Positions 37,785-54,344 of a stretch of DNA of 64,000 bases are shown here, piece after piece. The notes beneath the pieces are model-generated. The model had not been told where the DNA came from. It was given only the letters and a program-made list of their open reading frames with translations, and made no database searches. Position numbers and translations under genes: made by a program. The stretch's first letter is position 1. Every line of letters starts with the position of its first letter. The stretch is from Tubulanus polymorphus (taxonomy: Eukaryota > Animalia > Nemertea): the NCBI RefSeq assembly GCF_964204645.1, contig NC_134028.1, positions 20,642,345 through 20,706,344 of the forward strand. The letters are read 5' to 3'.

Positions 37785-38450
37785 GTTGAGACCCAATTCT
37801 GAAGTTTATCACAGAGTTCCACATTCCTTGACCAAGTTCCATAAAACTAGATCCAGTTCCACAGAACACCGCTCCACAGTTCTGGGTCCATTTCCACAGT
37901 TGTTGACCAAGTTTCATAGTTCTGCATGGAGCTTGCAGTTGTAGGCCAAGTTACTCTGTTCTGAGACCTACTTCCATAGTTGTGGTCTCTGTTCAACAGT
38001 TGTGGGCGTACCTTTACAGTTGTGAACCAAGTTCCACAGTTCTGGGCCTACCTCACTTGTGGTCCCAGTCACAGTTCTGGACCTACTCCTACAGTTTTGG
38101 ATCCAGTTCCACAGTTTTGGACCTGCTTATAGAGTTATAGAACCAGTTCCACAATGTGGACCTACTTCTATAGTTGTAGACCTAATTCCTCAGTTCGGGT
38201 CCTACATCTACAGTTATGGACACAGTTCCAAAACTTCTGGACCTACATCTACAGTTTTGGACCTTCTTACACAATACTCGTCCTACTTCTTGAATTGTGG
38301 ACACAATTCCAAACCCCTGGACCTACTTGTTCAGAAAGTTGTGAATCAAGATCTACAGTGTGCTGGACATACTTCGGCAGCTTTGGACACAGTTCAACAC
38401 TTCTGGACTTGCTTATCTAGGGTCCAATTCCACAGTCCTGGACAAAGTTC
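37785..38450. repeat. Degenerate ~20-bp minisatellite, inverted
   Basis: Paralogue of 8910-9655. Confidence 0.8.
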
Positions 38451-38986
38451 GGTTGAATTTGATTCAAGAGTTAAAATGGATTCATTTTCGTCAAGTTGAC
38501 TCTTCTGTGGAATTGTGGAACCGGGCGAAGTTTGGTTAATATTTGAATCTACAGTTCATATCAAGTCTTTTACAGGATTTTATTTCATTGTGTGGGTGAA
38601 AAAATGTACAACGTACTTCAAATTTCCAGCAACGACTGTAAACAAATCACACAAATTAAACATGACAAATATAATCGAATCAATCCTGTAATTAGTTGGA
38701 ATCAAATCTATATTTCATTGAAGTGCTAATCCCGAAGCCGTTCAGCAACTTCTGATCAAATATTATTCAGCCCAAAGTATGTATAAATCTCGCAAAATTT
38801 AATCGACAAAATGAAACATTCGTCGGTCGCTTCACCAGCACGTTAAATTTCAACACACATCATACAGGTAAGATCAGTAACGCAAAATATCCATGTTCTG
38901 GCAAAGTCGGGAACCAGTCGTTTGTTCTGGCTTAGCCGGGACCAGTCTCTATTTCTATAATCTGATTGCAGTTTTCCGGAAACAAC

Positions 38987-39733
38987 ATGGAATTGATAAG
39001 TTTTTGGTGGTTTATCTGGCGGTTTTCTGGGTTTCAACCGATGCCATTGATGAAAGTACATGTAGCGAGGTAAATATATGTCTATGATGAGGAAACGCCG
39101 TTTGTTAATCGTCGAAGCATTTCTTCAATCATGTTATGATCAAATAATCCATCGCAGCTACACTCATGAACCTAAAGTCTACAAACCTCATTGGTCCTAT
39201 GTACAATTGATATTCCTCATGGATAGACGAATCAACAGAAATAACTCTCGGTATCTGAAACAAATCTCTGAATATGGGTTGAAGTATTCAATCCCATGAA
39301 AAAGTAGCTGCTGTTTTGGATCTATGTTGTGGGTTTTTACGCAATTATATTCAAGACTGGAAAAAGTCGCAATTATTTATAACCTCTTAGTATTCTTATA
39401 TTAATAGTGATTATCAGTGTTGTATTTGAAAGGTTCACCAAAGAAAAAGCATTTTCAATTGTGTTTGTTTTATTGGCAGGTATCATCTCGTGCTGTCGAG
39501 TTTTACGGCAAGGCCATATCGGGACCACTGAGCAAATTGACTTGCAAGTCTATCGTTAAAAGCAATATCTTCGACGATCTTAAGTCACCAGGTCGACTAG
39601 GTAATATTTCGTCGACGGTCTTCAATTCTAGAAAGGGCAAATCGCTGATTATCGATTTCGCAAGAAACAATGCGAAAAATCTAAGAAAAATTTTGATCCT
39701 TGATCTTGAGCCTTGAAACAACTGGGAAACTAG
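38987..39733 (+). pseudogene. SHP copy 8, frameshifted
   Basis: The T6 run in the signal exon is T5 (~39001). The mature exon from 39480 has an indel near 39695 giving TGA at 39716 before the ancestral TAG. Confidence 0.75.
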
Positions 39734-40440
39734 AAAACTAGAAAATGCCATGGAAATGATGGATAATTCGAACAACATCGCGTCATACTAGAAGATCTAA
39801 ATTCTAATTCTAATTCAGTTCTAGGTTTCGGGTTTCCTTGTTCTATACGATTCAAATGTGTGTCAGTTATTTGTTTATAAATATATGCAAATAGATAATT
39901 CTTCGTCGGCATTATAAATGAATGTAGTGATGTATTGATTTCATTGACGGTTCGATCGCAGTTTGCAGTTCCCCCGGAAACCGGTGAGCAGATGAAACGA
40001 GTTCCCAGTATACGTAAGTATAGTTAGACCAGGACGGCATTGAGAATCTTCAACTTTTGACAACACATGAAGACAGCTGATGGCTTAGTTCGGCACACTC
40101 AGATATTAAACTAGATCACCAAAGTAATAATGATCGGACTAGTTTCCTTGTACCTATTCTTTCGACTCTTAATCAACATGCCTTTTCTGAATGTAATGAA
40201 CTTTCTCCAAATATCCCTATCAGAGAAGGAAAGAAAATCATCGGGAAAACTAGGCGTTCGCGCGATCACTATCGTTATTTGGGATATGAAGGCATAGGTT
40301 GTACATTTATTTAGTTATTCATCGTCTCAGTTCATACTAAGTGGAAAGATACGCACAGGATAAAGAAATTGAAAGAAAAAACAAAAAATATTACATGATT
40401 ACAAATGAACCAATACTATAATCATACAATCGATACAAAA

Positions 40441-42780
40441 AGGACTTACATTTATGGATATAATGAAAATGACCCACAAAGGTCGTATACTGTATTTATT
40501 TCTAAATTTACTCATTTATATGATACATGCTTTCCATTTATCAAACGCATGAACGCAAAAACCAATAAGTCTAAACCCTGGTTAACTACGGGCTTGTTAG
40601 ACTCTATTAAATATAAAAATCACTTATATAGGAAAACACTTTATAATTCAGATATTGCTTTTAAATCCCGTTATTTAGAATATAAGCGATTATTATCACG
40701 TTTATTAAAAACTGTTGAAAAAGGTTACTATGATACTCAGTTATTTGGTGTAAAGAATGATATGAAAGCTACGTGGAAAATCTTAAAAACAGTTATTGGA
40801 AGTAACTCCGTCAAAGAACAACTACCAGCTTCCTTTAAGCTAAACAACGTAACTGTCAGTGGTAGTTTAAACATTGCAAATGAGTTTAATACTTTTTTTG
40901 TTAATATCGGACATCGTTTAGCAAATATGATCCCCGAGTCTGAAAAACATTTCAGTTTTTATTTAAATCGTCCTAATAATGAAAACTTCTTTTTCTTCCC
41001 AACAAACTCGCTAGAAATTGATGAAATAGTAAATAAATTCTCTGGAAATAAAGGTATTGGCATTGACGGGATCTCTATAAAAATAGTTAAAAGAATTATT
41101 GATGTTATTAAATATCCACTTACTCATATATTCAACAATAGCCTTCATTCTGGAGTGGTCCCTGCTGAACTCAAAATTGCTCGGGTGTGCCCTCTGTATA
41201 AAAAAGGTGAATGCGATTCCTTTGACAATTATCGACCCTTATCTATTTTACCATATTTTTCTAAGATACTAGAAAAACTCGTTCATAAACGTTTAGTCGC
41301 TTTTTGTGATAAATTTGAAATTATTGATCATAACCAATTTGGATTAAGGAAAAATTACTCAACATCAATGGCATTAACTCGTATATCTGATGAAATAGCA
41401 GCCAATATTGACGAAAGAAAAACAACGATTGGAATATTTTTGGATTTGTCTAAAGCTTTTGACACAGTAAATCACCGTATTCTTTTGGATAAACTTGATC
41501 ATTATGGTATTTAAGGCACAGCACTTAATTGGTTTCAAAATTACTTAGAAGGTCGCAAACAAATAGTCCAGATTAAAGATACTAATTCTACCGCTTTAGA
41601 TATTGATATTGGAGTACCACAGGGCTCCATTTTAGGTCCATTACTATTTATACTATACATAAACGACTGTACTCGTGCATCTGATATCCTAAAGTTAATT
41701 TTATTTGCTGATGACACGAATGCTTTCTATAGTGATCATCTCGTTGACCGCCTGATAAAAACGATCAATACTGAACTTTCGAAACTAGTTGTTTGGTTTG
41801 GTGCCCACAAGTTATCAATTAATATCAGTAAAACTTATTATATATTTAGTAAAACTTTTGTTGGTAATACAAAGATTTATATCGATGATCGTGAAATTGA
41901 ACGTGTCCACACTACCAATTTTTTGGGGGTTTTAATAGATGAAAAACTGTCATGGGATGATCACATAAAATCTGTATGTAAAAAAGTGTCACGTTGTGTT
42001 GGCGTTCTTCATCGTGTTAAACACAAGTTGTCTTCCAATTCTTTACGTACCTTGTATTTATCCTTAATAGACCCGTATCTTCAATATTGTAACATTGTTT
42101 GGGAAAGAAATTCTGATTATAAACTGCATCCATTAACAATTCTACAAAAACGTGCTGTCCGTTTGGTCAGCAAATCCCATTATTTAGAACACACTGATCC
42201 AATTTTTGCTCGGTTAAATATACTTAAAATTAAGAATATTAACAAACTCCAACTAGCTATTTTTGTACATAAATTCGTCAATTCAAAATTGCCTCGGACC
42301 TTTCACACTTATTGGAACTTCAATTATCAAATTCATAGTAAACCTACGCGTAATAGATTTAGAATTAGATTGCCTTATTTTAGAACTGTAACTAGAAAAT
42401 CTTCTGTCAAAATATCCGGTCCCCTATTATGGAATACTCTATCCGAATCAATTCAAACTATTCAAAGCGAACCTGCCTTTAAGCGTACCTACATTAAATC
42501 ATTATTCAACACTTTGTACATTTTCATTCTATACAAACCTATGTTAATGTGTAATATGTGAAACTTTTTTTTTCTTTTCGCCTGTTAATTACTTGTGTGC
42601 ATGATGTGTGAGTGTGATGAATGTGGTGTGGATGCTTCTGGGTGATACGGCTTAGATAGACTGTTTCAGTCTCTCCGTGTAGCCCCATTATCCTGTTACA
42701 TTTTTCTTCGTCTAATCATACTTATTATATCGTTCAATAATGTAACATCGTAATGAAAATAAATTTCAATTTCAATATAT
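40441..42780 (+). mobile_element. 5'-truncated non-LTR retrotransposon (CR1/L2-group) ORF2 with reverse transcriptase
   Basis: KPWLT, NYRPLSILP, FLDLSKAFDTV, GVPQGSILGP, LFADD and FLGV.ID..LSW all in one frame, broken only by TAA at 41512-41514. Ends AATAAA-TTTCAA-TTTCAA. Absent from BHMT copies 1 and 3. Confidence 0.93.
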
Positions 42781-42798
42781 TGACGTAATGGGCTTGTA

Positions 42799-44766
42799 TT
42801 AATGAATAAGTTCCTTTTCTGAGTTGTAAGCAGCGCTGTTTGGACGACCGGTTTTAGGGATTAGATTCATCCAATAATCTCTACCGTGTCTGCAATAAAT
42901 AAAAGAGCATGATATATAAAGCGATGCTTCCGCGCAATATGGATACTGGTATAAAAACGTCAGGATTATCCGGCTATCGGTTTACTTTTGACGATCATAT
43001 TCATATACACTCTGTCCATATCCAGCCGCGAATGGTAAATTATGATCTTTTCCGGGTTGTCTGAATCCTCGTTCCTCGGATAACTGTAATCAATATAATT
43101 ATAATGTTAATTATCATGCGAATGGATTTCTCAATGTGATTTGGATAATGAAATGCGATGCAAGATTTTGTGTACAAACCTCTTCGGACATTTCACGAAT
43201 ATGATAACTCTCGAATCCGCAACATCCTCCGATGTACCTCACTCCAAGTTCATAAGCTTTACGGGCATAGTCTCTACATTCCCAACGAGTAAGAATGCGT
43301 GGTTCCATCGCTGAAAATGAAAATGCAACTAAATACACATGTATTAGCTATTTCAATGTCGAGACGATCGAAATGTTATTTCAGCTCACCTAACATACAC
43401 TCGGGTAAATGAGAATATCCTTCAACTAGATACTCAGTTTCAGGAGAAAGGAATCCGATTGGCTGCATCATCAGAAATTGAGATAAACCAGCTTCATTCA
43501 GGGCATCTTTCATCAATTTCATCGTTTTCAGTTGCGCGTTATAATCAAACTGGCAATTTAAACCCACAATATCGGCCCCTGGGTGATTGAAAACAAACAC
43601 ATACGATTATGATTTAATAAACTTTGCACGACATTGAAACATTTTTGAAAAATAACGAATATTAAGAGGGATGTTTCTTGAGTGAAGGCATGATTTGACA
43701 CCTCGTTTAGCCATTCTAACTGAACATTCTCCTGCACTGATTCCATCCATACACCCAACTGGACCTATTCTCATCGTACACGCTATAGGTTTGTTGTAAT
43801 TCTTCATGACATCAATCGCCCACTCCATCTCTTCGATTGAACAGAAATACTGGATTCGAAAAATACATGTATACATTCGACAATACAGTGTTACACAAAT
43901 GTTCGATTTGTTGATAGTGAAATGCCAATGTAAAATACCAATGAATATCATCCTAGTCTTGAATAACAGATGCTTACCTCCGCTATAAAGAAATCGACAT
44001 CCTTTTCTTTGAACACTTGGCATTGCTTTTCGAATTCTGCTTGAACTGCTGCCTTCCCTTTTCCAGCTGTATATGTCGGTGTAGGCGACAAACCTCCGCA
44101 AACTAGTAGATTGTATGATGTGGCAACATTACGTGCAAGATCGCACGCCGCGTGGTTTATAAATACATTATAAATATGTACATCATTACCAAAGCACTAA
44201 CCATTCAGTACAATTTGTATGACTGAATAGTTGAATAAGAGTGAGATAGATAAAGACCACAACCTACGTTATAATTTTTGGCCGACTCACTACATTGAAG
44301 CATTCCATCCGTCGCGTGAAAGGTGAATGCTTGAATTACATCAGCTCCAGCTCGAGCAAATTCTTTATGTAAACCACTGACTGAAAAATGGCAAATTAAT
44401 GATTTTTCTTTTATCGGCGAATCCCAGTTTTGACTTGAAGATAACCCAACGGTTATTTTATAGGACTTTTTTTCTGGCAGATGCCTCGTAGTTCGTCATT
44501 GTTTAAATTCAAAATGATGCCCACAAAACTATAGATTTTTTTGCAGGCAGGAAGGTGTGCTAAAATTGATCGGGTAAAGTTGGGCTGTGAATAGAATAAG
44601 TCACAAACATGTAAAACCTACCGGCGTCAGGATGTTCTAGAACGCATTCAGGAGTATACAGCCCAGCAGTCACATATCCTCTTTTTTCGAATGTATTCAT
44701 GTAACTACCGTCGCCAATGATTATGCGTTTTGCTAATATCTCCAGTATATTCGGTTTAGCTGCCAT
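42799..44766 (-). pseudogene. BHMT: BHMT-family copy 2, exon-3 acceptor deleted
   Basis: Same 8-exon layout as copy 1. A 16-nt deletion at 44160/44161 (TTGAGAGGTCTAAGAT) removes the AG acceptor and first codons of exon 3. LINE inserted ~20 nt past the stop. Confidence 0.75.
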
Positions 44767-45727
44767 ATCTAGTATTTTGCAAATAAGGCCACCTTGAATC
44801 GTTTAACGTTTGACAAAGATTTCCAAACTGGCCTATGAATTTTACAGAAAACACATTTTACTATTAGGTCAACCATCGTTGTCCCATTCGATGGTTATAG
44901 AAATTGATTGCCTTGATATACATGTCACGCGTATATTCTGTTGTTGTTGTACGAGGTTCCGTCTAGGCAACTTGAATGAGAGTTTTGATGTATATCAAAT
45001 CATTTACTGGACCGTTGCCATTGGGAAAAAGATTTCCCCCAAAAGTTGCACCTGTTCACGGTGACGAATATCCGCGATATCATAAGCTGAGATCCTGCCC
45101 TTTCTGATGATATAGACGAACACTATCAAGTCCATGCAATTTGATCATGTATAAAGGTTTATTAAGGTTTTTATGGGTTCATACGAAATTCCTGGATGCT
45201 GCGGGGACCTGCTGTTTGAGGGATGATTTCTCAAGGATTCTAGATTTTGGCAATTTGGTCGGAAGCCTTCATGAGTTGATAATTATATAATGTGGTTTTG
45301 TACGATATAAATTAGTTGCATCATATCTATAGAACTAATTACTGGATGTAATTAATCTATACCGCTGTTAATTCGTCGCTGATTTTAATATGTCAATTAG
45401 ATCTTAATCGATTTACTCAATTACAATAATTAGAACAGCATTGAATTAGTTTACCTTCACAGAAGTCGAAAATGTGTAATTAAGTAATTAATGTCAGTCG
45501 CCAGTGTTTTATTAATGAGATGTGCTCCTCTCTCACGTGTCGGGTTTGAGTGACAGATGATCCCGGTATAAAACAATCTGATGAGACATCAACAAATCAG
45601 TTCAGCCAATGACTAGTCATCATCATCACTTTCATTGAATTAGCGGATAATCAGTAAGCGCGGGATTAACGAATTAACATTCAATCGATGATTTATGGAT
45701 TACCACTCATAGGATTTAAAGATTACA

Positions 45728-47745
<2,018 letters not shown>

Positions 47746-49973
47746 TATTAAGATCATTATTGATTGAAAAAACCAATAATTATTGTTCTATCATTTCTTG
47801 AGTGAATACCTACTCGATGTTTCGACCATATCCTAATACTTGTTTGCAAGGATACTTTCGGGCTGTTTTTATTCTAAATGTGGGGGTTTATTTTAGTTTG
47901 ATATGTTTTAATGCTGCCCGTCATCCATTTTTATCATATTGTTATCATATTATCATATTGCGACTTTGTTTTGCAGGTTGCAATTAGTATGTTTTTGTAA
48001 ATTTTTGTATTTTTATATAATTCTTTAACTCAAATTCAATGTCTTGACGTTTGTAATGTTACAACTTTTATATACTGTGCTCTAATAATGGATTTAGATT
48101 GTATTGATTTGTTACTAAAATATCTGGTTTTTTCAGGATAATGTAAATAATCGTATGTTTTTATAACATTTGTTTGAAATAAAACATTTGATATCATTTA
48201 TAAACAATTTGTCGTCAAACTTCACTTATCCGCAATATCATCATCGTGTCTTGAGTAGGGTGGTGATACTCGAACATCTCCGGGCGCGGTCGCAAAAAGG
48301 GAATTGTAGAAATTCTAACTAGTTTTTTCTTTTGAAAGGCAAATCAAAATATAAGTGGAACACAGCGAACTTCACGGGACCAGAAAATATGTTCATTTTA
48401 ACCGATAGTTATAACTAGTATGAAATCGATAACATTCTCTTACTTGGAACGGAATTCGTCATATTTTTGTCAACCGAGTTCGAAATAACAAGGTTTTACT
48501 GTATTTCTGAATGCATTTTACCAGCCTTTGCCCCTAAAAATTTTAGAAATCAAATCATGAAAATAATGTTCAAGTTCGATCTCCTGCTGTGTATGCCTGT
48601 TTAACCAAACAATTCTCATCGATGAGCAGGGATTTTATTCGATCCCAGGATCTCCTCCGTAATTACGAGTCTGCATATTTGATATTGTATATTTCATTTT
48701 GTCAGGGGTCGCCGGTCGTCACAGGGTGCCCACAACTTGCGAGGGTCGTGTCTAGCTATTATTGTACATGCCGGGGCCACCAGTTGTCCTCGCGGGATAT
48801 ATTCTGCCGAATATTGAATCAGCCGTAAACATTCAAAGCAAATCTTGATTCTGATTGGGGCAGTTTATCTGATATCAAGACAATCCATCTGAAGCCATCT
48901 TCAAAACTTATCTGGAAAATATCTTCAAAACTTATCAAAAATATCTGGACTCACGTGAAAAGGAGGTAGCCACTTTAAACAGATGTGGAACGAAACAAAA
49001 TATGAGAGATAGGAATTGAGCTAATTTAAGCCCCATCAATTTATCTATAGACCATTCTGAAAAAAAAAGGGATACAACGAATATCAATTAGCTTCAAACA
49101 CCTGCAAAATCAATTCGTTCACTTCACAAATCTACAATAGACGAAATGCTCGCGCTTAAATGATTTCAGCATTTTCAGATCGAGTCATTAAATCAGATTT
49201 GATATTCAAAAGCAGCTAGGATGACTTGTATTCTGCGAGATACTTTGATGAATATCAACAGTTCGATTGACATGTACATGTTTATGGGATTCTAAGTCTA
49301 TAACAAACGACTGCATTGAGTTCGGGATTAAGTTATTTCTATGCGGTATTTTGTCTCCGAAAGCTCCTCTATCAAAAAGGAATTAAGTCTGGTATATATA
49401 AACAGAGATGAAAATCTAAACATTTAACTCTCATCGAAAGCTTTTCGACTTGTCACAGAGTGAAAGATTCCGTAAGTAGATATATGTTCTTTGTTTTTAG
49501 TTTTACTGTATTTTTGTTGAAAGTGTAGCATTCAATCCTTAGTCAAATTATAGAAAATAGAAAGATTGGCCAGTTTGTTTGACTACATCTACCTATCATA
49601 GAATCGAAAGTGTAGTTGTTAACATATTTAACACCATTCTGAAGAATGGCCAATTCTATTCTACAAGAGGGAATAGATTACATGTATATTGGTAACTATT
49701 GACTTGGTTAATGTTGACCTCATCATTCAGTGAGCTAATATCAGTGCAAATGAGTCAACCCCTGATCAACTCCGCACCCATATCGGTCATTTCGATTTTT
49801 GGCGAGTATAGCGTAATTTCAGAGGTTGATTTTGACCAGTTTCGAGACAAACGATCTGTTCCGTTCTCGGCAGTAAACCCGGCTTCAGACGGGATTGGCG
49901 GTATATTGGGGGTTTACTGTATTTTTTAAATGATAATAATCTGTAATTCATTGATTACAGACGAATCGGTAAA

Positions 49974-50213
49974 ATGAAATTGTCGGCAGTTTTTGTGTTG
50001 TGTTTTTTACTGGTGGTCGCCGTTACTGGTGATCAAATAGAACGAGCTCTCCGAGACGCTGAGACTGCTGGACACGATCCGCTGGAGTTGATGGAGGCCA
50101 GACGAACCGTTCAACTGATGAAACGAGGATGGTTCAAGAAACTCTGGAAAGGAATCAAGAAACACTGTTCTATTGGTTACAACCGAGGCTTCACAGCTCA
50201 ATGCAGTGGTTAG
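49974..50213 (+). CDS. Prepro cationic antimicrobial/cytolytic-type peptide, copy 2
   Basis: Protein identical to 21387-21626; same TATA, intron and polyA layout. Confidence 0.88.
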   Translation: MKLSAVFVLCFLLVVAVTGDQIERALRDAETAGHDPLELMEARRTVQLMKRGWFKKLWKGIKKHCSIGYNRGFTAQCSG

Positions 50214-52036
50214 AATAATGAAATATGCTAAAACATTTAAAAACATGAATAAATAAATGTTAATCGAGCAGCAATTGAATACACCTTGAGTTTATTCAAT
50301 CCTATGTTCAGATGATCAACAATCATAACAATTCAGTCAATATTCAACGCCCCCTGGTGACCATATACAAAAACCAATGACCTTGAAACTCACAATCATG
50401 GAACATGTCAGCAGCTACGATTTTGTAATCGATAATGAGATAAAAAATATGCCTAAGTACCAATATAATATGGAAATGCTAAGCATTCTACTATTCAACG
50501 CCCCCTGGTGATCATATGCAAAACCCGATGACATCGAAACTCACCACAATTATAGAACATGTCATGAGCAACAACGGGCGCAAAACGAACATCATAGAGC
50601 AAAAACGAAAATTTTCCTCAAAAACTTCAAAAATGTGTGAAAAGTGCTGATTTTGGCGTACAACAATGGCTGTGCCAGTAGGCCATCTTGATTCTACCAA
50701 GGCCGGTTTTTGGGCTGAAGATGTGTCTTGGGTAGATAGTATATTATAGTAGTTTATTTGTCACCATCAATATGTACAAATGAAAAATAACAAAATAGGT
50801 TATTTAAAGACAATGAGGTGACAGGAGTCTGAATAGATACATATATAACCCAAATATCGAGACATTACATTGAAGCGTCTTTTTCCAAAAATTTCCAAAA
50901 ATAACTGAATTCCGTCTACGAGTAGATACGTGAAAGGTCGAGACGGGAATGGTGTCCAAGGGGCTGCCCTAGAAAGTAGGGACAGATGTGATGGGTCGAG
51001 ACGGGAACATGGTGTCCAAGGGGATGTCTAGAGAAGAGAACCTGACTAGAACAGCGCTTGGTCCTACGAGAAAGACAACGTGTCATAAGTTTATCAATCA
51101 TATTCATTTTTCAGAAAAATTCATACACTCTTGACTTAGAAGAATTACATTTGAATTGATAAATGGCAAAATAAAACAATAAGCAAAAAGCCCCCGAACG
51201 TGAATTTTGAGAGATTTGAATCGAGAAACTCGATTTGTAGAAACCAAATGTTAAACTCGTGTCATTCATCGAATATTTAATTACAATAGGAAAGTTTCCA
51301 GTTACCAGGTGCCATTTTCAGCGTGTCTCACATTGTCGCGCAGATTTTAACATGGTCAAAACTAAAACCTTTAGTGCGATTCATTGTCGTCCATCCCTTC
51401 TTAGGCACAAAATCTAAACTTTTGAATCGTTAGAAAGTTGACAATTTTTTTCTGATTATTTATTTCATTTTTCTCGGCTGCAACAATCCGATACAAAAAA
51501 AGATGCGCGTCACTTTTAGGAAGGCGCCTCAAAAAATTGGTAATTCTGTGTTATTGGCTGTAACTTTTAAACTTTCTGAGATACAATTAAGAATTTTTCA
51601 CTTAAGATAGAGTTTCATCTGAGGATTTTGTTTATACTGCATTCGTAAAACTATCTTCATAGAAACGCGCGTGACCACGGGTTGATCAGTGCAAAGCGTG
51701 CAAGTGGTCGACCGTCGATTTTCTGCATACGCGGGTTAAGCTATTTTCACGTCAATTTTCAAACTGTTAAAGATTTTCAAGATCAAAATTCAATGTTGAA
51801 TTGCTCAGCTCATATATAAATGGTATATAGTTAATTTGTATTTGCGACACACCTCTACTAGGTCAAGGTCGGTGGACACTAATGATGGCGGCTTGTCAAA
51901 AAACTGAAAATTTTCACTTTAAAGACGATTTTACAGCTTGATGAGAATCAGTTGATACGACTGGTATTCACAGTTTGACTGAGGTCCAGTTGTCCCCGGC
52001 CCTTATTATGAATAAGCAAAAAATAAACAATTTCAG

Positions 52037-52688
52037 ACTTATTTCCCGTTCGCATTGCTTTGTGGGAGTTTTTATAACAGTTGATTTACAGTCGGGCTCA
52101 GTTAAACCTCGTTCCAAAAGAGAACCACTGTCGCAGTATTTAATACCGTACGCCTTCAGGTTTAATTCACTCGTCTGTAAGAAATATCTCGGCGAACAGG
52201 AATGTGAAAAATGGCGTTCGTTGCCGGACAGCCAGACGCAGCTGTCAGTGACAGCCGGAAGACACGCCCACACATCGGTCACACCTACAGGTATCAGCTC
52301 TCTTATTGAACATGTCAAGTTGAAACAAATCTTTTTTCTGGCGTTTCTAAACTGTTTAATTTGTTTTGAACCGAATTACTTGTTATCGTTGAGATTGGGG
52401 TCTCGTGCAGTTGTTTGAGTGGAGGACTGGGAACCAAGAGGTCCCTAGATCGAAACCACATCTGGCGTTGGCTGTCGAGACACATGCATGGACTCAGCTC
52501 TGGTAACTCTGTCAGGTTGTGAGCCATAACAACCTATAAAAAGGCCTTGGCCGTCTCTTAAGAACCACTAGGGTTACAGTGTTACTCGCTGCTGGGACGA
52601 AAAACTCTTCTTATTACATGCTAGGTGGCGTTACGGCAATATAAACTTGTTCTATGTATTGGACACCGTCTGAAACAACTGGTAGCTC
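52037..52688 (+). pseudogene. Degenerate class B GPCR N-terminal exons
   Basis: Paralogue of 23451-24114; SINE-interrupted. Confidence 0.6.
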
Positions 52689-52957
52689 GTAAGTATCACC
52701 TGCTAAGAGGTTCCCGGGTACTTGTAAGTAATATCCGCACACCCCTTTCTGGAGAACTGTAAACTGCGAATCGTCAATGAAATCAATACATCACTAAATT
52801 CATTTCTAATGCCAAAAGAATTATTTATTTGCATTTTCAAGCACTGATACAAATTTGAATCGTATAGAACAAGGAAACGCGAAACCTGAATTAGAACATA
52901 CATCTTCTAGTATAATGCGATGCAGGTCAAATTATCCATCATTTCTAAATACTTTTT

Positions 52958-53490
52958 CTAGTTTTCTTTATTTTTTTTCAATGCATTTTTCAGAGATTTC
53001 AAATTGTTTCTTAGATCTTTGGCATTTTTTCTTACGTAATCGATAATCAGCGATTTGCCTTGTTTTGACTGAAATACTTTCGCCAAAACGCTAGGTAGTT
53101 GTGAACCTTTTAACTTTAGATCGTCCAAGATCTTGCTGTTGACGATAGTTTCGCAATCTAATTTGCTCAGTGGTCCCGATATGACCTTGCCGTAATGTTC
53201 GACAGCAAGAGATGATACCTGTCGATGAAACCAAACACATAATTGAAAATGCTATTTCCCGGAAAACCCTTTAAATACAACACTGAGATTATAAGAATTT
53301 TAAGAGGTTATAGTGAGTGTAGCTCCGATGGATTAACACACGTGATATGATTGAAAAAACGCTTTTTGACGATTACAGCGTTTTCTCTTTATAGACAGAT
53401 ATTTACCTTGCGACATGTACTTTCATCAATGGCATCGGTTGAAACCCAGAAAACGGCCAGAAAAACCACCAAAAAACTGATCAATTTCAT
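52958..53490 (-). CDS. SHP copy 9, intact, 114 aa
   Basis: Exons 53490-53407 and 53218-52958; as copy 1 with A>V (GKVISG). Confidence 0.8.
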
Positions 53491-54344
53491 GTTGTCTCCG
53501 TAAAACTGTAATCAGATCATAGAAATAGAGATTGGTTTCCGGCAGTGTAAGAACTGGAGACTGGTCCCCGGCTGTTTCAGAAATACAGATATCATTAGTG
53601 ATCTTACCTGTTTAATGTGTGTTGAGGTTTAACGTGATGTCAAAGCGACTGACAAATGTTTCATTTTGTCGATTGAATCATGCGAGTTTTATACATATTT
53701 TGGGCTGAATAATATTTGATCAGAAGTTGCTGAACGGCTTCACATTAAACATCCCACTCAGTAGATTTAATACCAACTATTTACAGGATCGAGATTCGAT
53801 TATTTCTGCTTTGTTTAATCTGTCTGCATCTGTTTTTCTACTGTATATTGCTGGAAATTTGAAGGACGATGGAGGTTTTACATTTCAATCGACAATTCCA
53901 CGAAAGAGTCAACTTATTATTGTAAATAAACTCATGTTAACTAAACTCATAAAAGATAAACTCATTTTAACTCTTGAGTCAAATTCAACTGAACTTAGGT
54001 ACTTTGTCCAGTGTAAATGGATCCTAGAAACAAGTCTAGAAGTGTGGAACTTGGTCAAAAACTGTAGAAGTAGGTCCAGAACTGGATCTATTATGCGGCT
54101 TTCATGAATTATATTTATGGGCTTTCAGGAATATTATTGAGCTTCAGTTATTTCAGTTGTTAAACTATAGCAACAAGTAATGTACGGAAACTGAATTTCA
54201 TGGCCAGTGTTGCTATTATCAGATAACCTGCGTTGATGCTTGCGTCACACGTATAAAACAATAACAGTAAGAAGATTTTAACAGAAACCCGATACTGGAG
54301 AAATGACACGACCGCAACACTGATTAACATTTAGAAACCATACC

